In this document: in pieces, positions 26,226-39,520 of the stretch
How positions within the stretch are numbered: the stretch's first letter is position 1
How the letters are laid out: each line of letters starts with the position of its first letter
From: Lama glama
Taxonomy: Eukaryota
Direction: 5' to 3'
DNA length: 64,000 nucleotides
Assembly: GCA_028534125.1 (NCBI GenBank)
Contig: CM052816.1
Location: 63,304,001-63,368,000, forward strand
Position numbers and translations under genes: made by a program
Notes under the pieces: generated by a model
Seen by the model: the letters and a program-made list of their open reading frames with translations, nothing else
Told to the model about the DNA's origin: nothing
Database searches by the model: none

Positions 26226-29178
26226 AAAGCAGAAGTACATAACCTTCCACCGGCACACAAAATTATGCTACATGAATTTAAAACTAATTGAATAAATTAT
26301 GACTCCTGTCTCCAGGGAACTAACAGTATCATTCCTACAAGGGACATATTGTGTTTCTCATACGGCATTAAAATGCATTATTAAGTTTCAAAATGTTCAG
26401 TAAAGCAGTTCCCAATGTCAACACAATTTGGGTCATGCTCCCACCTCTATAAAGTCAAAATCTTTCGTTTATACTTTCAAATGTGATCAGATTTTACAGA
26501 ACTATTGTACCAGATGGGCAAAATAATTAAGTTGATATCATTCTGTTACATTTTAACGTGCATATAACACTCTATTGCAAGAGCATATATTTTTGATATT
26601 ACATTTCCTTCACATAAGTACTAAAAAAAATCTCTACAGAAAGAAACATATACAACCTGCTTTATTTGGTTCAGTGAGAAACACCTTAGAAAAAGAATTA
26701 GAAACCAAGATTTTGCAATCAAAGTTCAGCCACTATGTGATCCTACTGAAGTTAATTCACTTCTCTAGCTGTTGCTAAGTGTAGGCTGGACTCGGGGGTG
26801 GCAGGTACACTGGGGTGGGCAGGAATACAGCCGTTTTCCCTCCCTACTGATGAGTACCTCATCACTCATCCATCACAGAAGCTAGGGCAGTCACGGCCTG
26901 AGATTCCTTTTTAACACAGCAGTATTCTGGACAGCTAAGGTGAAGAAGACAAAAGCCCTCAATTCTTCTGTAGCTTTCAAGGCTCTTTACCAGGCCTTTA
27001 TGTTCAATATTATTCAGGGACAGCTCACTCAGGCAGCTGTCTTCTCTACTCAGACCACTCTAAACATCAACCCCATACTTTCTGGGACTGGAAATTTCCC
27101 AGGAAATCAATGGAATTTGTGAGTACTGTGTATTTTCTCAGAAGACCGATTATGAATTTTCCTAACAGATAACTGACAACCTGAGTGTGACCATGTTCTA
27201 CTATGTGGGGAAATATTAATTAAAAGGGAGTGTAGGAGAGAAAGATAAAAAATGGTGTAACTTGACAACAAGCTCATTTGATTATAGGTTTTACTTCAAA
27301 TTATCATACTGATCAATGCTGGCACTACTAGCATGGACACATATGCTTCTGAGGAGAGAGTAACAAGTTCTCTTTGCCATAATTAGAAAATGATACAGTT
27401 CTAGAGCACTGGGCCTCCACTCAGACATGCACACTCACGAACTACGCCTCCAAGGCTGAGAACAGACTCTAATCATCAAATCGCAGCATGGATGAGATAA
27501 ACCTTCGACGGCACAACTCTTGCCAAAAGCAGTAACTGGGCCCCTCTGTCATAAATGAGATTGTTCAGATGACACTGCTGCAACCAGAACAGCCTGAAAA
27601 GTTCTGAGAGAAACCTAATGGGTTCAGGAACCTGAGACTGACAGAAAGCCAAAAGACAGAATCAGTGAAGGACTGACAAAAGGAAGTATTAAGAAAAACA
27701 GCACATAGAAGAAGGGATAATGATATTCACAGAAGCAGCCTGAACACAGGCCAGAGGATACACGTTCAGCACGCACATGGTGGTCAGGAAGAGAGACTAT
27801 TGTCCTGGCCCATGCTCACTCAGGCCTGGAGGAGAATTCAGCCGGGTGATCTCCGGGGTTCGCCCTCCCTCTTCCTGCCCCTGCTTCCAGCTGGATTTCT
27901 AGTGCTACCAAGTGAGAGGCTTGGACAGTCTAGTAGCGATGAGATAAGAGAGGGGAGGCAACCTCAGTCAGCCAGCCAATCAATCTTTTCACTGAAATGT
28001 GACCCACGCTGCACAGAAAAGGACACACGAGGCAGAGATCTAGCTGGAGGGTAAGAGGTGGGGCTTAATTCCAGCGGACCGGGAACCGTGCTGACCCCGG
28101 AGTGCCTATTAAGTGCCAGAGCAGGTGAGGCTTGCATTTCAAGTTCAGATAAGGCGAAAATGACTATGACCCAGACTAGAAAGGTATAAAAATCTGGCTT
28201 TGAATGAAGAGTTGACTCTAGAAAAGGAGAAGGCCTGAAGGAAAAGGGGATCCCATGCCTCATTTTGGGATCAGTAAAAGGAGAGGTTATACAATGACTA
28301 TCTTCAGAGCAATCAAATTCAAAAAGTACTCCAAAAAATGCAGCTCAGTTACCACTCATTAAGCAGTCTGGGAAAAGCACTCCCAAATAACAGGAATAAC
28401 AAAAAGCCAAAAGCGGCTAGGACTTTCCTGGAACACAGAACAGACATTATTAAAGAAAACAAGCATTAAGAAGTTATGAATTCTTTTTCCCCTTTCTAAA
28501 GTATTATAAAAATGCTCCTTCCAGATGTGTAAATGTAACATTTTAAAATGAAGCCTCTAAAATAAATTTCTTTTATAGAGAGCATTATTTATGAAGTTTT
28601 GAATATTAAGACTTCATTTTCCTTTTTATTCACACAATACTCTCTCAACCATCTTTTATAAATCAAGAATCAATCTTGGTTTTTGTAATATATAATCTTT
28701 CTGAATTAAATGCTTTAAAATGTAATTAGACATCTAAAATGGAAATAATCAAAAGAGAGCTATAAACTGGGAATGAAATAATAGGTTTGGAGGAAGAAAG
28801 GGAAGGAGAAAAGTCACTGTACTTAGATAACCTAATATACATTATTTCTTTAAATACAACAAGCCAAGAACTAGATATTAATTTTTTATGAAAACAGTGC
28901 AGTTTTTCCTTCTAAATGTGTTAATATTGGGAGTTATGAGTAATACTTTACTGGAATTCTCAGTGCATCATCCTCTAATAGTAGTCTTCTCGTGTCCATC
29001 CATTCAAATCGATGTCAGGTACAACATGGGGGAAGTAAAGGCAGCCAGAGGAAACCATGTAATTTTAGATCTCACTCAGTTCTTAACCTCTTAAATCAGT
29101 GCTTACCAAGAAGTGGCAAGTCACATTAACTAGCACACAGCAATCTGAAAGAATTAGCCAAACTCCCTGCTAGTCTAT

Positions 29179-29295
29179 ACAGTGGTCCCTCGATTCTTCT
29201 CTTCTCGATCCACAGATGTTCAAGTCCCTTATACTATAAAATAATAGTATGGTTGGCCCTCTGTATTCATGGACATGGAACCCGTGGACAGTTTC
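29179..29295. mobile_element. Tigger-family fragment (MER2/Tigger3-like)
   Basis: tacagtggtccctcg...ccacagatgttcaagtcccttata. Confidence 0.5.
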
Positions 29296-29490
29296 TACAG
29301 CACAGTAGAAAAAACAGCATTCAGGAACTTTAAAACAAAAATTGACTACTGATCATTCCAGACAAAACATTAATTTGGTGTGGACCCATAAGACTTCAGA
29401 AGACTGGCTTACTGAGCATTAATAAGTAGGAGGTGGACCGGGATACCAACTAATTTACAAAGAAAGTCATGATTAGAATAAGTGGTCATA

Positions 29491-29796
29491 TTCACAGAAT
29501 ACAAACTTGTGGTTGCCAAGGGGGAGAGGGGTGGGAAGGGATAGACTGGGAGTTCAGAATTTGTAGAGAGTTCAAAATATGTACTGACAGGCATATGTAG
29601 AATAGATAAACAAGGTTATACTGTATAGCACAGGGAAATATATACAAGATCTTGTGGTAGCTCACAGCAAAAAAGAATGCAACAATGAATATATGCATGT
29701 TCATGTATAACTGAAAAATTATGCTCTACACTGGAATTTGACAAAACATTGTAAAATGACTATAACTCAATAAAAAATGTTTAAAAATAAATAAAG
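29491..29796 (+). mobile_element. Young 5'-truncated L1 3' end with TSD
   Basis: TSD aagtggtcata at 29480-29490 and 29797-29807; ggttgccaagggggag...ctgtatagcacagggaa...ctataactcaataaaaaa plus A-rich tail. Confidence 0.9.
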
Positions 29797-32195
29797 AAGT
29801 GGTCATACTACCCGGGCCAATTCTTCCTGGTGAATAGGTCATCATGGTCAAGTTCATTCATTTTGGTCATCATTTTAGGAGCCCATAAAATGTGTTACAC
29901 ATCGTGATAGGTCCCAGGGATAAAAAAAAGATGGCTACTTCAGGGAACTCAGAAACTAAAGGAAGCTTAACGTCTAGTGCATATACTTTGAATGAAGTGT
30001 GCTACACATCTGAACGTTACCTGTTCTCTAATTCAAAGGAAAAAGACTGAGAAAAGCTGTACTCGGGAGCTCATTATGGGCTAAAAATCTGCAGGAAGAA
30101 CAAACAAATTAAGCAACAAATGGGATGTTCTTTTTCTGTTTTAAGTCAAGTTATGGTATCTTAAATAGTGCCTTTCTCAATTTTACAGGTTATTTCTGAC
30201 TTATTTACGGCATTTGTCTAAAGTTAGTCAGAGAATCCTGTTGTCCGGATGGCACTGAAGAAGCACCACTGGCTAATCACTCCTCTCTAATACTCTTCAC
30301 TGGCTCCCAGACACTGGATCATTCTACTATCACCTCAGGTTGTAGAATTTCCTAGTTAACTCATCTTTCACTTACTGCATTAGGACAGATGCTCCTCCTA
30401 AAGGAATCCCAATTATGATATAAACTTCTTTTCAGTTCACAATGCTAAATGGGACTCAAATGACTCTATTTGTTTCCTTAAAGTGAGGCCTCAAGGAGGC
30501 AAATGGTGCCTTCTATTCTAGTCCCTTAAATTTCATTCTTTCTCCTTAATTTAAGAATTTTCAAGGGCTATCATGAACCTCAACAAGCTCTACTAAACCC
30601 ACCTTTCCCAAGTGATATTGCTTTATTCCCCCTTTATCACAGTTTTCAGGCAGTTAAGTCATCACCCCCTGACTACCGTAGTTCCTGACTCCAGTATCTG
30701 CTTATTCTTCTTCTGCTCCTTTTGTTACTCAGCATAATTCACACTTCCTTCGTGAAGTTTTCCCTAACCACTCTTTAACCCACTGCAATTAAGCAACCTG
30801 TCTTTTGAATTTCCAGTAGCATAAAACCTCTGCACTACTCACTTGGCATGCCATGTGGCATCTTTTTTTTATTACTTTCTCCTAATATCCTTTATAATTT
30901 TGCAAACCCACTCTAAAATTGTAAGTAACCTGGAGAATAGCACACGTGTTATGTTTACTTTTTATGTCCCACAGGGTAACATTATTCATGATATGAACAC
31001 ACAATAAATAACCATGGGAATTATGATCCCCAAAACTCGAGAACTGCCCTCCCTCGTTTTTTTTAAACAATATTATTTTTACTTATTTATTTTTTAAATC
31101 ACATGTATGGGTAGCTCAGTAGTACATAGCATATTACGATTGATTACTCTACACCAGACATGAGGCACAAAACAGAACAGAAGGTGGCTGTACTGGCATC
31201 TATTTCTGAAACATCCATGTTAGAAAATGCAAGGAAAATTTAACATCAAGGATGAAAGAAGAGAATAAAAGTTAAACTGAAGGGAAAAAATATTAGTAAC
31301 CTTCATTTTTACTTGTCACAAACACTTCCCTTTTCTTATTTTACATATTTGGTTGACATTATTTGCATATACCAGAGTTAAAACTACGCTACAGAAAAAA
31401 AGATAGGCCTTTTAAAACATCTGCTTATCTTATTCTTCAAATATGTTGGTAAATGATGTTATATCACTTTCTAGGTGATATTAATTAAAGATATGAATCA
31501 CTTTAATAAACATTAAATATGTGAGAGCATGAAATATTTTACTCAAATCAGTAAAGACCAACTGGTCATTTAAAACAATTCCACATAGTTTTCTGTAAAC
31601 TTCTTTCAGTCAAATGCACATGAGTAAAATGATAGCTCTTAATTTTGACTTAATGCTTCCTACAGGTATGACATTTTGGGGCATTTTCTGGGTATGTAAA
31701 AGTATCTGTAGAGTATGTGAATTGCAGAAACTTCACACAGAGTGATTTTTCCTTGTTTCTGAAAACTATGTACCAAAAAAAAAATCAATTCATCTTTCTT
31801 GTGTTTATTCACCCAACTTAAAAAATTATGCTGGCTTAAAATTATTTCTGTCCTTTTGTATCATTATGAACCCAACCACAGGTGCTTAGAAAACAAAATG
31901 CCCTTAGAAAGATAATGCAAAATTTTTAATCCCAAAGACACAGCGGAAATAAGTATTTGAATACTGGTTACCATAAACAATAAATATTAGATTAAATGTG
32001 AACAAGACTCTAGTTTCTTTCCACTTGTCCAGTTTTTATATGTATTTTTCTAGTGACCATTTTACACTTTCACTTTTTAGATAACTGACCCATCATCATG
32101 GAGCGTTTACCTTAAACTACTTCTCTGTAAGTGATGGATTTATATAGTTACATCACATCTTCATTGCCTTAGACCTTGGAGGTAACATGCAGAAA

Positions 32196-32288
32196 CACAG
32201 ACAAAATTTCCATTACCTTTTCTGAACAGTTTCACAGACAAAATTTCCATTACCTTTTCTGAACAATTTCCATTACCTTTTCTGAACA
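32196..32288. repeat. Perfect short tandem duplications (37-bp period plus a third 23-bp copy)
   Basis: cacagacaaaatttccattaccttttctgaaca twice (32196, 32233); atttccattaccttttctgaaca three times. Confidence 0.9.
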
Positions 32289-33299
32289 TTTAACAGTTTT
32301 CATAATAGTAAGCCCAAGAAAGAAATGAATCAGAACCGTAGTCACTTTAAAATTTTCCTGCTCTGACCAAACAACAATTACACTATTTGTACACTGTACC
32401 TAATAATATCTGAACTCACTTGTATCATTAAATATTAAGTTAGGGGGTCGGTGAAATTAGGGTAATTTAAGAAAGTAAGTTTTTAAGCACTAAAAGCCAC
32501 AACCAAATAAAATATTCTCTAAGCTATACTTCTTTGCTTATATAATATATCACAGGATTAAGCAAAGAGCAGTAGTTTATTGAAAGAAAAGGGAAAAAGA
32601 AAAACGCCCTTATTTATCAGTCTTATTCCAGAATTCCTACCACAATAGAGGCTATAAAAGTGGTGACATTTACACTAAAATCAGGTCTCCTCCCCTCTAT
32701 TTTCCAGACCCTAGGCTGCAAACACTTCTGTCACTTAAATGGAAACATGCATTCCTTTTTACACAGTTAATTCTCTGCATGTTCATGGAAAAGTGTACAT
32801 ATTAATAAGTTTAGTTCCCTTGACAAATACTGGCAAGGAAATAGGATAAAAAATTCATAGTGGAAATTCACTAAGTTATTTTAAAATGAAAAGTTTACAC
32901 CCAACAATTATCCTCACAAAGGTTTTCATATTATAAAACATTCTACCAATTAATTTTTTTTTTCGGTGTGCATACAGATTTATACAAAGCATTTGAAGAA
33001 AACTGTATCATGAAATAAAAGGAAAAAATCTCTCTAAAGTATTATTTTACATTATTTTAAAATATGTATGTATAACTAAACTAACAATTTAATTTAATAG
33101 ACATTTGACTATTTTGTTACAGCTCTGTAAATACACTGTGTTCAAGCTGACCAAAAAATCTTATGCGGATTTTTCTTACAGGGAAGATGGGTTATCACCT
33201 TCGACTTAGACCGGCCTTGCTGCAGGCTCACTGCCAGATTCCCCCTAAATACTGCCAGCAACGACCTCGCTGAGCTCTGGAACCCTTGTACATTGGTAT

Positions 33300-33720
33300 C
33301 CTTCTCATCCACTCTTGGCAGGCACACAACTTAGACAGTCAACACCAAACTTCTGAGTGCCTCCCCAACAAAAACAAAGAAACCAAGACAAGAGAGAAAA
33401 ACAAAATCAGGCTTTCTTTCACTTCACTTTTCTTTTCACTTATCCGAGTAAAGAGCAATTCTGTCCACCCAGTGACTCAAGCCAGACACCAGATTCAGTT
33501 TTGATCTTTCTTCTCATTTACCATTCCAACACCTAATTCATTATCAAATTCTGTCACATTCATTGCTTTTTTCTTCTACTCGTCTACATCCCTACTGTGA
33601 ATGTGTGCTACAAGCCAGTTCTCTCTGTAGTTTGAACTACTGCATAACTTCCCAAATGGGGATGCTTCCACTCTTGGCTTCCTCTAAGTCCATCCCACTT
33701 TCCAGCTACAACAGCCTTCT
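33300..33720 (+). mobile_element. L2 fragment, degenerate
   Basis: ccacccagtgactcaagccagacac...tctttcttctc...attatcaaattctgtc...aactactgcataacttcccaaatgg. Confidence 0.5.
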
Positions 33721-33847
33721 TTTCGACAAATATTTTCCAGCCTTTGGACGTTCACTGCAAGATTCCATCTGCCAAGAATGCTATTGCCTGAATTTATTTA
33801 GCTGTATTTACAGTAAGAATAAAACTCCAAGTGAGTATTTTTCCTAT

Positions 33848-34876
33848 AGTGGAAAAAACTCAGATCTTTCTTCCTGAGGAGGGAAAAACCCCTGTTCTTC
33901 CACACTATGTTTCTCTCGGTGAGTCTTCTTTACTACTCACATAATACTCTACTTCTGGTCACCAAATGTGTGGTTTTTCCCAACAAGCAATTCTCTGTGA
34001 CACCAGCTGGCGTCCTACAATTTAACTCCATTCTAACACAAGCTACCTGGAGATAGTGTCAGATCTCACAGGTTAGGGTCTCAGTCCTCCAAGACTCACC
34101 CCCCGCCACCATCCCTCAGAAGCCAGAGTTTCCAACCATCCCCTTCCCTGGGTTCAACTAATTTGCTAGAGTAGATCACAGAACTCAGAGAAACACTTAC
34201 TTATGTTTACCAGATTTTTAAGGAGAAAACAAATACAGGTGAACAGCCAGATAAAGAGCTACATGGGGCAAGGTCTAGGAGTGTCCTGAGCACAGGAGCT
34301 TCAGTCCCCATGGATTTGGGGCATGTCACTCTGCAGAAGTGGAAGTGTTCCCCCCATCTGGCAGCTCCTCAAGGCACTACTATTGGAATTTTATGGAGAA
34401 CTCACACAGGCATATTCAACTGTTAACTCCACTTCCAGCCCTTCTCCCCTCTCTGAAAGAATGTGGGGGGTGGGGGGAGAGTCTTAGGGTGGAGCTGAAA
34501 ATTCCAAGCTTCTAATCTCTTGGTCTCTTTGATGAAATAGCCCTCATCCAGGATCCCACTCCAGAGCTGCCTCAATAGAACAAGATGCTCCTAGAGTTCT
34601 TATCACTTAAGAAACTACAAGGTTTCACAAGCTCTGTCCCAAGGACCTGGGGCAGAGACCTACAGACAGATAGAAAGATAGATAGATAGATAAATAGATT
34701 AGATAGATAGATAGATAGATAGATAGACAGATAGATAGGTAGATAGATAAATAGATTAGATATAGATAGATAGATAGATAGATAGATAGAAAGAAAGATA
34801 GGAAGATAGTTAGATAGGAAGATAGATAGACAGGAAGATAGATAGAAAGATAGACAGACAGACTTTTATCTCACAG
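33848..34876 (-). mobile_element. MER21-like ERV LTR containing an expanded GATA microsatellite
   Basis: gacaccagctggcgtcctacaattta, ctacctggagatagtgtcagatctcacaggtta, atttgctagagtagatcacagaactcagagaaac are MER21-like; ends ...ttttatctcaca. Confidence 0.75.
34663..34863. repeat. Compound (GATA)n/(GACA)n microsatellite
   Basis: About 200 bp of gata/gaca/ggaa units; the block gatagataaatagattagata occurs twice. Confidence 0.95.
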
Positions 34877-35694
34877 GTCCCCATTCTGGAAGACTAGAAG
34901 ACAGTGCTTAAGGAGGCTTTCATATATGAGAAGCAGAAGACTGAAGAAGAGGGGTTGTGAAAGCCAAAACATGAGGAAACTGCACTAGAATATAAAAAAT
35001 TTTGCTCCAGGGACATGAAAGAAAAAAAAAAAACCCGAAGAAACCCCAAACATATATTAAGGCTAGAATTAATGCTAGGGAAAGAAATATCATAGAAGGT
35101 ATCTGCCAAAAAGTGTTAAGATTTTCCAAGGCCAGTATCCAAACTAAGAAGAGGCAAGGGCCTACGGTCGTGTACTAGAAACTCAAGAGATAAAGGAAGA
35201 CATGGAGATAAAAGAAAAGCAACATGTATTAAAATTACACATTACTTAGGATCAAAAAACTACTTCCTACTAAAAATAGTGCCCTCTACCACACCACATG
35301 CTGCTGCAAGAGCCACGAACAATGAAACGAGGCACGTGGGGGCCAGCAGCAGGCACACTACCCCTTCCTCTCATCCACGCCGTGTCTGCCAGGATATTTC
35401 TCTTTCAACCCACAGGGCTTCCCACGCTAAAGCATGCAGCAGTAAGAGTCTACCAACTTCTGGAGAGTGATGACTACAGGTAAGGGGCACTTTTTAAAAA
35501 CTGTACTTGAGACAGTATAACACTAAAAAAAAAAAAAAAAGGGCCCATCATCTTGCTACTATTGTTCAATAACCGTGAAACCATTCACATACTAGACAAT
35601 AAACAGTCTGATAAAACTGATGCATATCCCTCCCCACTCACCTAAGAGCTCATCAGGAAATCCAATTAGAAAAAAGAGAAATACAAGTTTTAAT

Positions 35695-35915
35695 GAGAAA
35701 AGATTAGCAGATACAAACTACTACATATAAAAATAGATAAACAAGGTCTTACTGTATAGCACAGGGAACTATATTCAATACCCTGTAGTAAACCATAATG
35801 GAAAAGAATATGAAAATTATATATATACAACTGAATCATTTTGCTGTACTCCAGAAACTAACCCAACACTGTGAATCAACTACACTTCAATTAAAAAGAA
35901 AAGTTAAGAAAAGAA
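35695..35915 (+). mobile_element. Short L1 3' end
   Basis: gattagcagatacaaactactacatataaaatagataaacaaggtcttactgtatagcacagggaactatattcaata...caactacacttcaattaaaaag. Confidence 0.85.
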
Positions 35916-36559
35916 ATGAAGTGAAATGGGTCTTCTCGGGAGAAAAAAAATTCAGTTACTATTCAGTGGGAGATGGATATAAAAAAAGTCTGATCAGTAA
36001 ACAGAACAGCCTTCTGTTCAGTTTCACATGGCCCATGCTCTTTCCTCTTAGTCCAAAGCAGCACAGCATATTACAAGGCCATGCACACATTTTCTAGTGT
36101 GGCTCAGTAACAAAAACAAGCAAAGGAGGGGGATTCTTGCAACAAGGAAGAACAAGAAGTCCAACAGGATGTGGGAAGTGCATGCCAACTTGCTAGGAAG
36201 ACCTAACACCAAAGCTGTTTTTCAAAAACGTGTAAAACGTTCCCCAGGCTTTCTTCTCCCATTTTTGCAAGCCTTAAAAACAAAGATGGCAAATTTTACT
36301 GTTACTGTCGTGGTGTGGGTAAGATTATAGAGTAAAAATGCCATAATTACATGTGGGTCCCCCTCTACCTTAAAGCTTAAACACTTGGCTACTTATATAA
36401 TTCTTAAGTTCAAAAAATGTCCACATAAATGTTATGTTTGAATGTCCTATTTCTTGACCTAAGTGGTGGTTAAAATAAGTGTATCTACTTCTGTATGAGG
36501 TATATACATCAATAATTTTTTTTAAAATGTTGTGTATCTTCTAAGGGCAAATATTTGCC

Positions 36560-37500
36560 TAAGCCAGAAACCTAACATCTGATTCCTCCCTCACCTGCCA
36601 CCCCTCAGCCAATCACCAAGGCATCTTACTTTCAAAGTAGCTCTAGGATCCACCCATCTTCTCTGCCACCACCCTGGCTCACACCTCCAGAATCCCTCCC
36701 TAGATTAGTGATTCAGATGAATCCTGCTTCTGGCCTTGTCGTTCCTTCCAGAAAAGAGTGCACTTTTATTGAATGTGTAGCCAAACAGCAGCATGCTCTA
36801 CTCTTCACATTGCTTAAAATCCTTCCCTGTCTCCCTGCTGCCCTAGGGAAAAACATGAAATTATAATATCCTTCATCATCTGATCCCTCTAGCAACAAAT
36901 CTCACAACTCCACTCACAACTCCAGCTGGACTGAATTTCAGTTCCTGAAAAGCAGTATTCTATTTCTTCAACCCTTCTTTTAACAATGTTACCTCTACCT
37001 AGTACTCCGCTCCCTTTCACTGGGCTAATTTCCACTTACTGTTCACAATCTATCTGCAGTATCACTTTTCTCATAAAGCCATCCCTCGCCTCCAAATATG
37101 TTACACCAGATAGGACCTTCAAGTGCAGTACTTACCATCCTATTCAGTAACCATGTGTCTCCTCCTCTAGATTCACGTTCTACCGAGAACAGGAACTGTG
37201 TCCATGCTATTCACAGCTATAACCCTAGCACCCAGGCAGCAGTATAGTATGACATTTAAAGCATGGCTCTGGAATCAGCAGACCTCAAAAGTGTCACAAG
37301 CTGCGAGAATTTGGAACAGTTTCTTAAACTCACTCTACCTAGGTCTCCTTACCTGTAAAATGTAGACAGTGCTATCTTTTAACACTTTTTAAGGATTAAA
37401 TATTATTAGGTGAAGTATTTAGCTAGTGCTTAGTACACAGAAATGTTAGCTATTATGTTACTTAATACTGTGTCTATCAAAGAAAATGCTGAATGAATAC
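36560..37500 (+). mobile_element. L2 fragment interrupted by a MIR (about 37245-37455)
   Basis: L2 motifs (ccaatcaccaagg, gcttaaaatccttccc, ctagattcacgttc...gaacaggaactgtgtc, gctgaatgaat); MIR motifs (gcatggctctggaatcag, tcctacctgtaaaatg-like, gttagctatta). Confidence 0.7.
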
Positions 37501-37526
37501 AGTATTCACAAAATATTAAAAACACA

Positions 37527-37605
37527 TTTATTAATGCTAAACTCATATCATTCATTATATATGCAAATAAAGTCTATAATTCTATAAGGAGGCTTCCTTT
37601 TTATT
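37527..37605 (-). terminator. LRRC70: Two AATAAA polyA signals for LRRC70 (37600-37605 and 37527-37532)
   Basis: tttatt on + strand about 47 and 120 nt downstream of the LRRC70 stop codon. Confidence 0.6.
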
Positions 37606-37651
37606 CAGATCCATGACACTGAAGTTTTCTGATAGCCAACATTTAGTTCAA

Positions 37652-39520
37652 TCATAAAGCAGAATGTTCAAAGAGAATAACCTGTGCCTCACTTTCAGGA
37701 ACAATTTGTTTATGAAGTCGAACCTGCTCGAAACCAGGGCTTTCTAGAGAATGTGGGGACGTGTTACAAATGGAGGCTGTTACATTATACCTTGCTGACT
37801 GATAAAAGCTGTAGTACTCAAGTCTATTTTCCCCTGAGTTTTCTGGTGTCTTTAGTTTTTGCTTAAATTGAACAACTTTGTAGATCAAAAAAATGATTAA
37901 AACACAAGCTAAGATAAAAAAAGCTAGTAAAATGTCAAAAGCCTCATTCAGCTTTTCAACTTCTTGTGTACAAATCAGAGATGTTCTCCCTGACACTGAA
38001 GCAGCATCAGTTGGTAGAGCACTGTTTTTTTCCAAGTTCAAGTTAACAGGAGAAGTAAGCTGCATCTGCACAGGTAACACTGCAGTAGTCTCTAACGGGT
38101 TACCAAAGGTATTCTCTTGAAAAAATATACTGGCAGGTGAAGTACGATTTTGTTCCCAGAAAGTAACGCTCTCAGTGTTTTCCAAATGTTTCCCATTTGT
38201 GGTTACTTTATGCCAGGCCATCATTAATGCAGTGGTCTTGTGATGAATATGAAGAGATTTTACAGCCCAAGCTCTGGATACATTTGTTGAAGATGCAACA
38301 CAATTTGTGAAGTCAGTCGATTTAATATAATGCAATGCTCTGCCACGCACAGATGGGGGATTCTGACAATAGATGTTTAGAGTAATGGCTGAAGATGCTA
38401 GCCAGTCGCGAAGGCCCAATAGTTTGCAGTTACATTCCCAAGGATTAGAATTTGCCTGAAGATGAGTCAGTGAAGACAATGGCTTAAGGACCCTTGGATG
38501 TAAGTCTGTAAGATTATTAAATGACAGATTAAGGATCTTCAAAGATGCTCCCATGTTTTCAAATGTATCATTAGCAATGCTGATTATTCTGTTTCTATCT
38601 AACTTAAGATAAATTAAATTCTTTAGCAAACTAAATGTGTCAGCATTTAAATTTTCCAAATCATTATGACTTAAGATCAAATGTTTAAGATTATTAATTC
38701 CACTAAACCCATCCCTAGCAACATTTTTAATTCTTGAATTTTTCAAGAAGAGATACTCCAAGTTGACAAGTCCTTTAAATGCAAAGGGCTGTATTGCTTC
38801 AATACGGTTATGAGACAAGGAAAGTCTTTTAAGACTCTTAAGTACATCAAAAGCATTTGATGGTACTTTTGTTAAATTATTACCTTCTAGATACAAAGAA
38901 TCCAGGTTTCCAAGGTGCTGAAAGCCTGAGTCTGATATCCTCAAAATGTTATTGTTTGATAAATCAAGTATCCGAAGAGCAATCATACCAACAAAGGTAC
39001 CACTCCCGAGGACAGTGAGGCGATTTCTTTGTAGATTTAAGTACTGAACTGAAACTAGATCACGAAATACTCCTCTTGGCACAAAAGATACTTGATTAGA
39101 CTGTAAATATAAGTTACGAAGACTGGAAAGTCCCTCAAATATTCCAAGCTCCAAGCGTTTTATAAAATTATTATTTAGATATAGAAAATACAAATGCTTC
39201 AAATGGACAAAAGCTTTTGGATATACATACACAATGCTAGAATTATCCAAATACAATCCCATGAGAGAATGAAGTCCTGTTAATTCACTTTCATTTATAT
39301 GGGACAGGTTATTTCCAGTCAGATACAGAAAAACTGTACTTTCAGGAAAATTCTTAGGAATAACTGACAGGCCTAAGTTACGGCAGTTAACTTGTCTCCC
39401 AGTGCAGAGTTGGCAAACAGATGAACATCCAAGTACCTCTTTACGGAATAATAATACAAGACAACAGGTAACAAGCAGAAACAGTCGTAGACAAGGCAGA
39501 GAAAAATGTACTCCACACAT
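37652..39520 (-). CDS. LRRC70: Leucine-rich repeat-containing protein 70 (synleurin), single coding exon, 622 aa from MCGVHF (631 aa if the upstream ATG at 39547 is used)
   Basis: Intact ORF with signal peptide, LRRNT (CSSVCQLC), about a dozen LxxLxLxxN repeats, LRRCT (NPWECNC...C..P), TM helix (ILLAFFILACVLIIFLIY) and a Tyr-containing tail. Position inside an IPO11 intron matches the known LRRC70 locus. Acceptor ttttctttttatag| at 39559-39560. Confidence 0.96.
   Translation of the reverse strand: MCGVHFSLPCLRLFLLVTCCLVLLFRKEVLGCSSVCQLCTGRQVNCRNLGLSVIPKNFPESTVFLYLTGNNLSHINESELTGLHSLMGLYLDNSSIVYVYPKAFVHLKHLYFLYLNNNFIKRLELGIFEGLSSLRNLYLQSNQVSFVPRGVFRDLVSVQYLNLQRNRLTVLGSGTFVGMIALRILDLSNNNILRISDSGFQHLGNLDSLYLEGNNLTKVPSNAFDVLKSLKRLSLSHNRIEAIQPFAFKGLVNLEYLFLKNSRIKNVARDGFSGINNLKHLILSHNDLENLNADTFSLLKNLIYLKLDRNRIISIANDTFENMGASLKILNLSFNNLTDLHPRVLKPLSSLTHLQANSNPWECNCKLLGLRDWLASSAITLNIYCQNPPSVRGRALHYIKSTDFTNCVASSTNVSRAWAVKSLHIHHKTTALMMAWHKVTTNGKHLENTESVTFWEQNRTSPASIFFQENTFGNPLETTAVLPVQMQLTSPVNLNLEKNSALPTDAASVSGRTSLICTQEVEKLNEAFDILLAFFILACVLIIFLIYKVVQFKQKLKTPENSGENRLEYYSFYQSARYNVTASICNTSPHSLESPGFEQVRLHKQIVPESEAQVILFEHSAL

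Noticed and set aside
32196..32288. Direct repeats superficially like a CRISPR array
   Set aside because: No unique spacers, no cas genes and a mammalian intron context; simple tandem duplication
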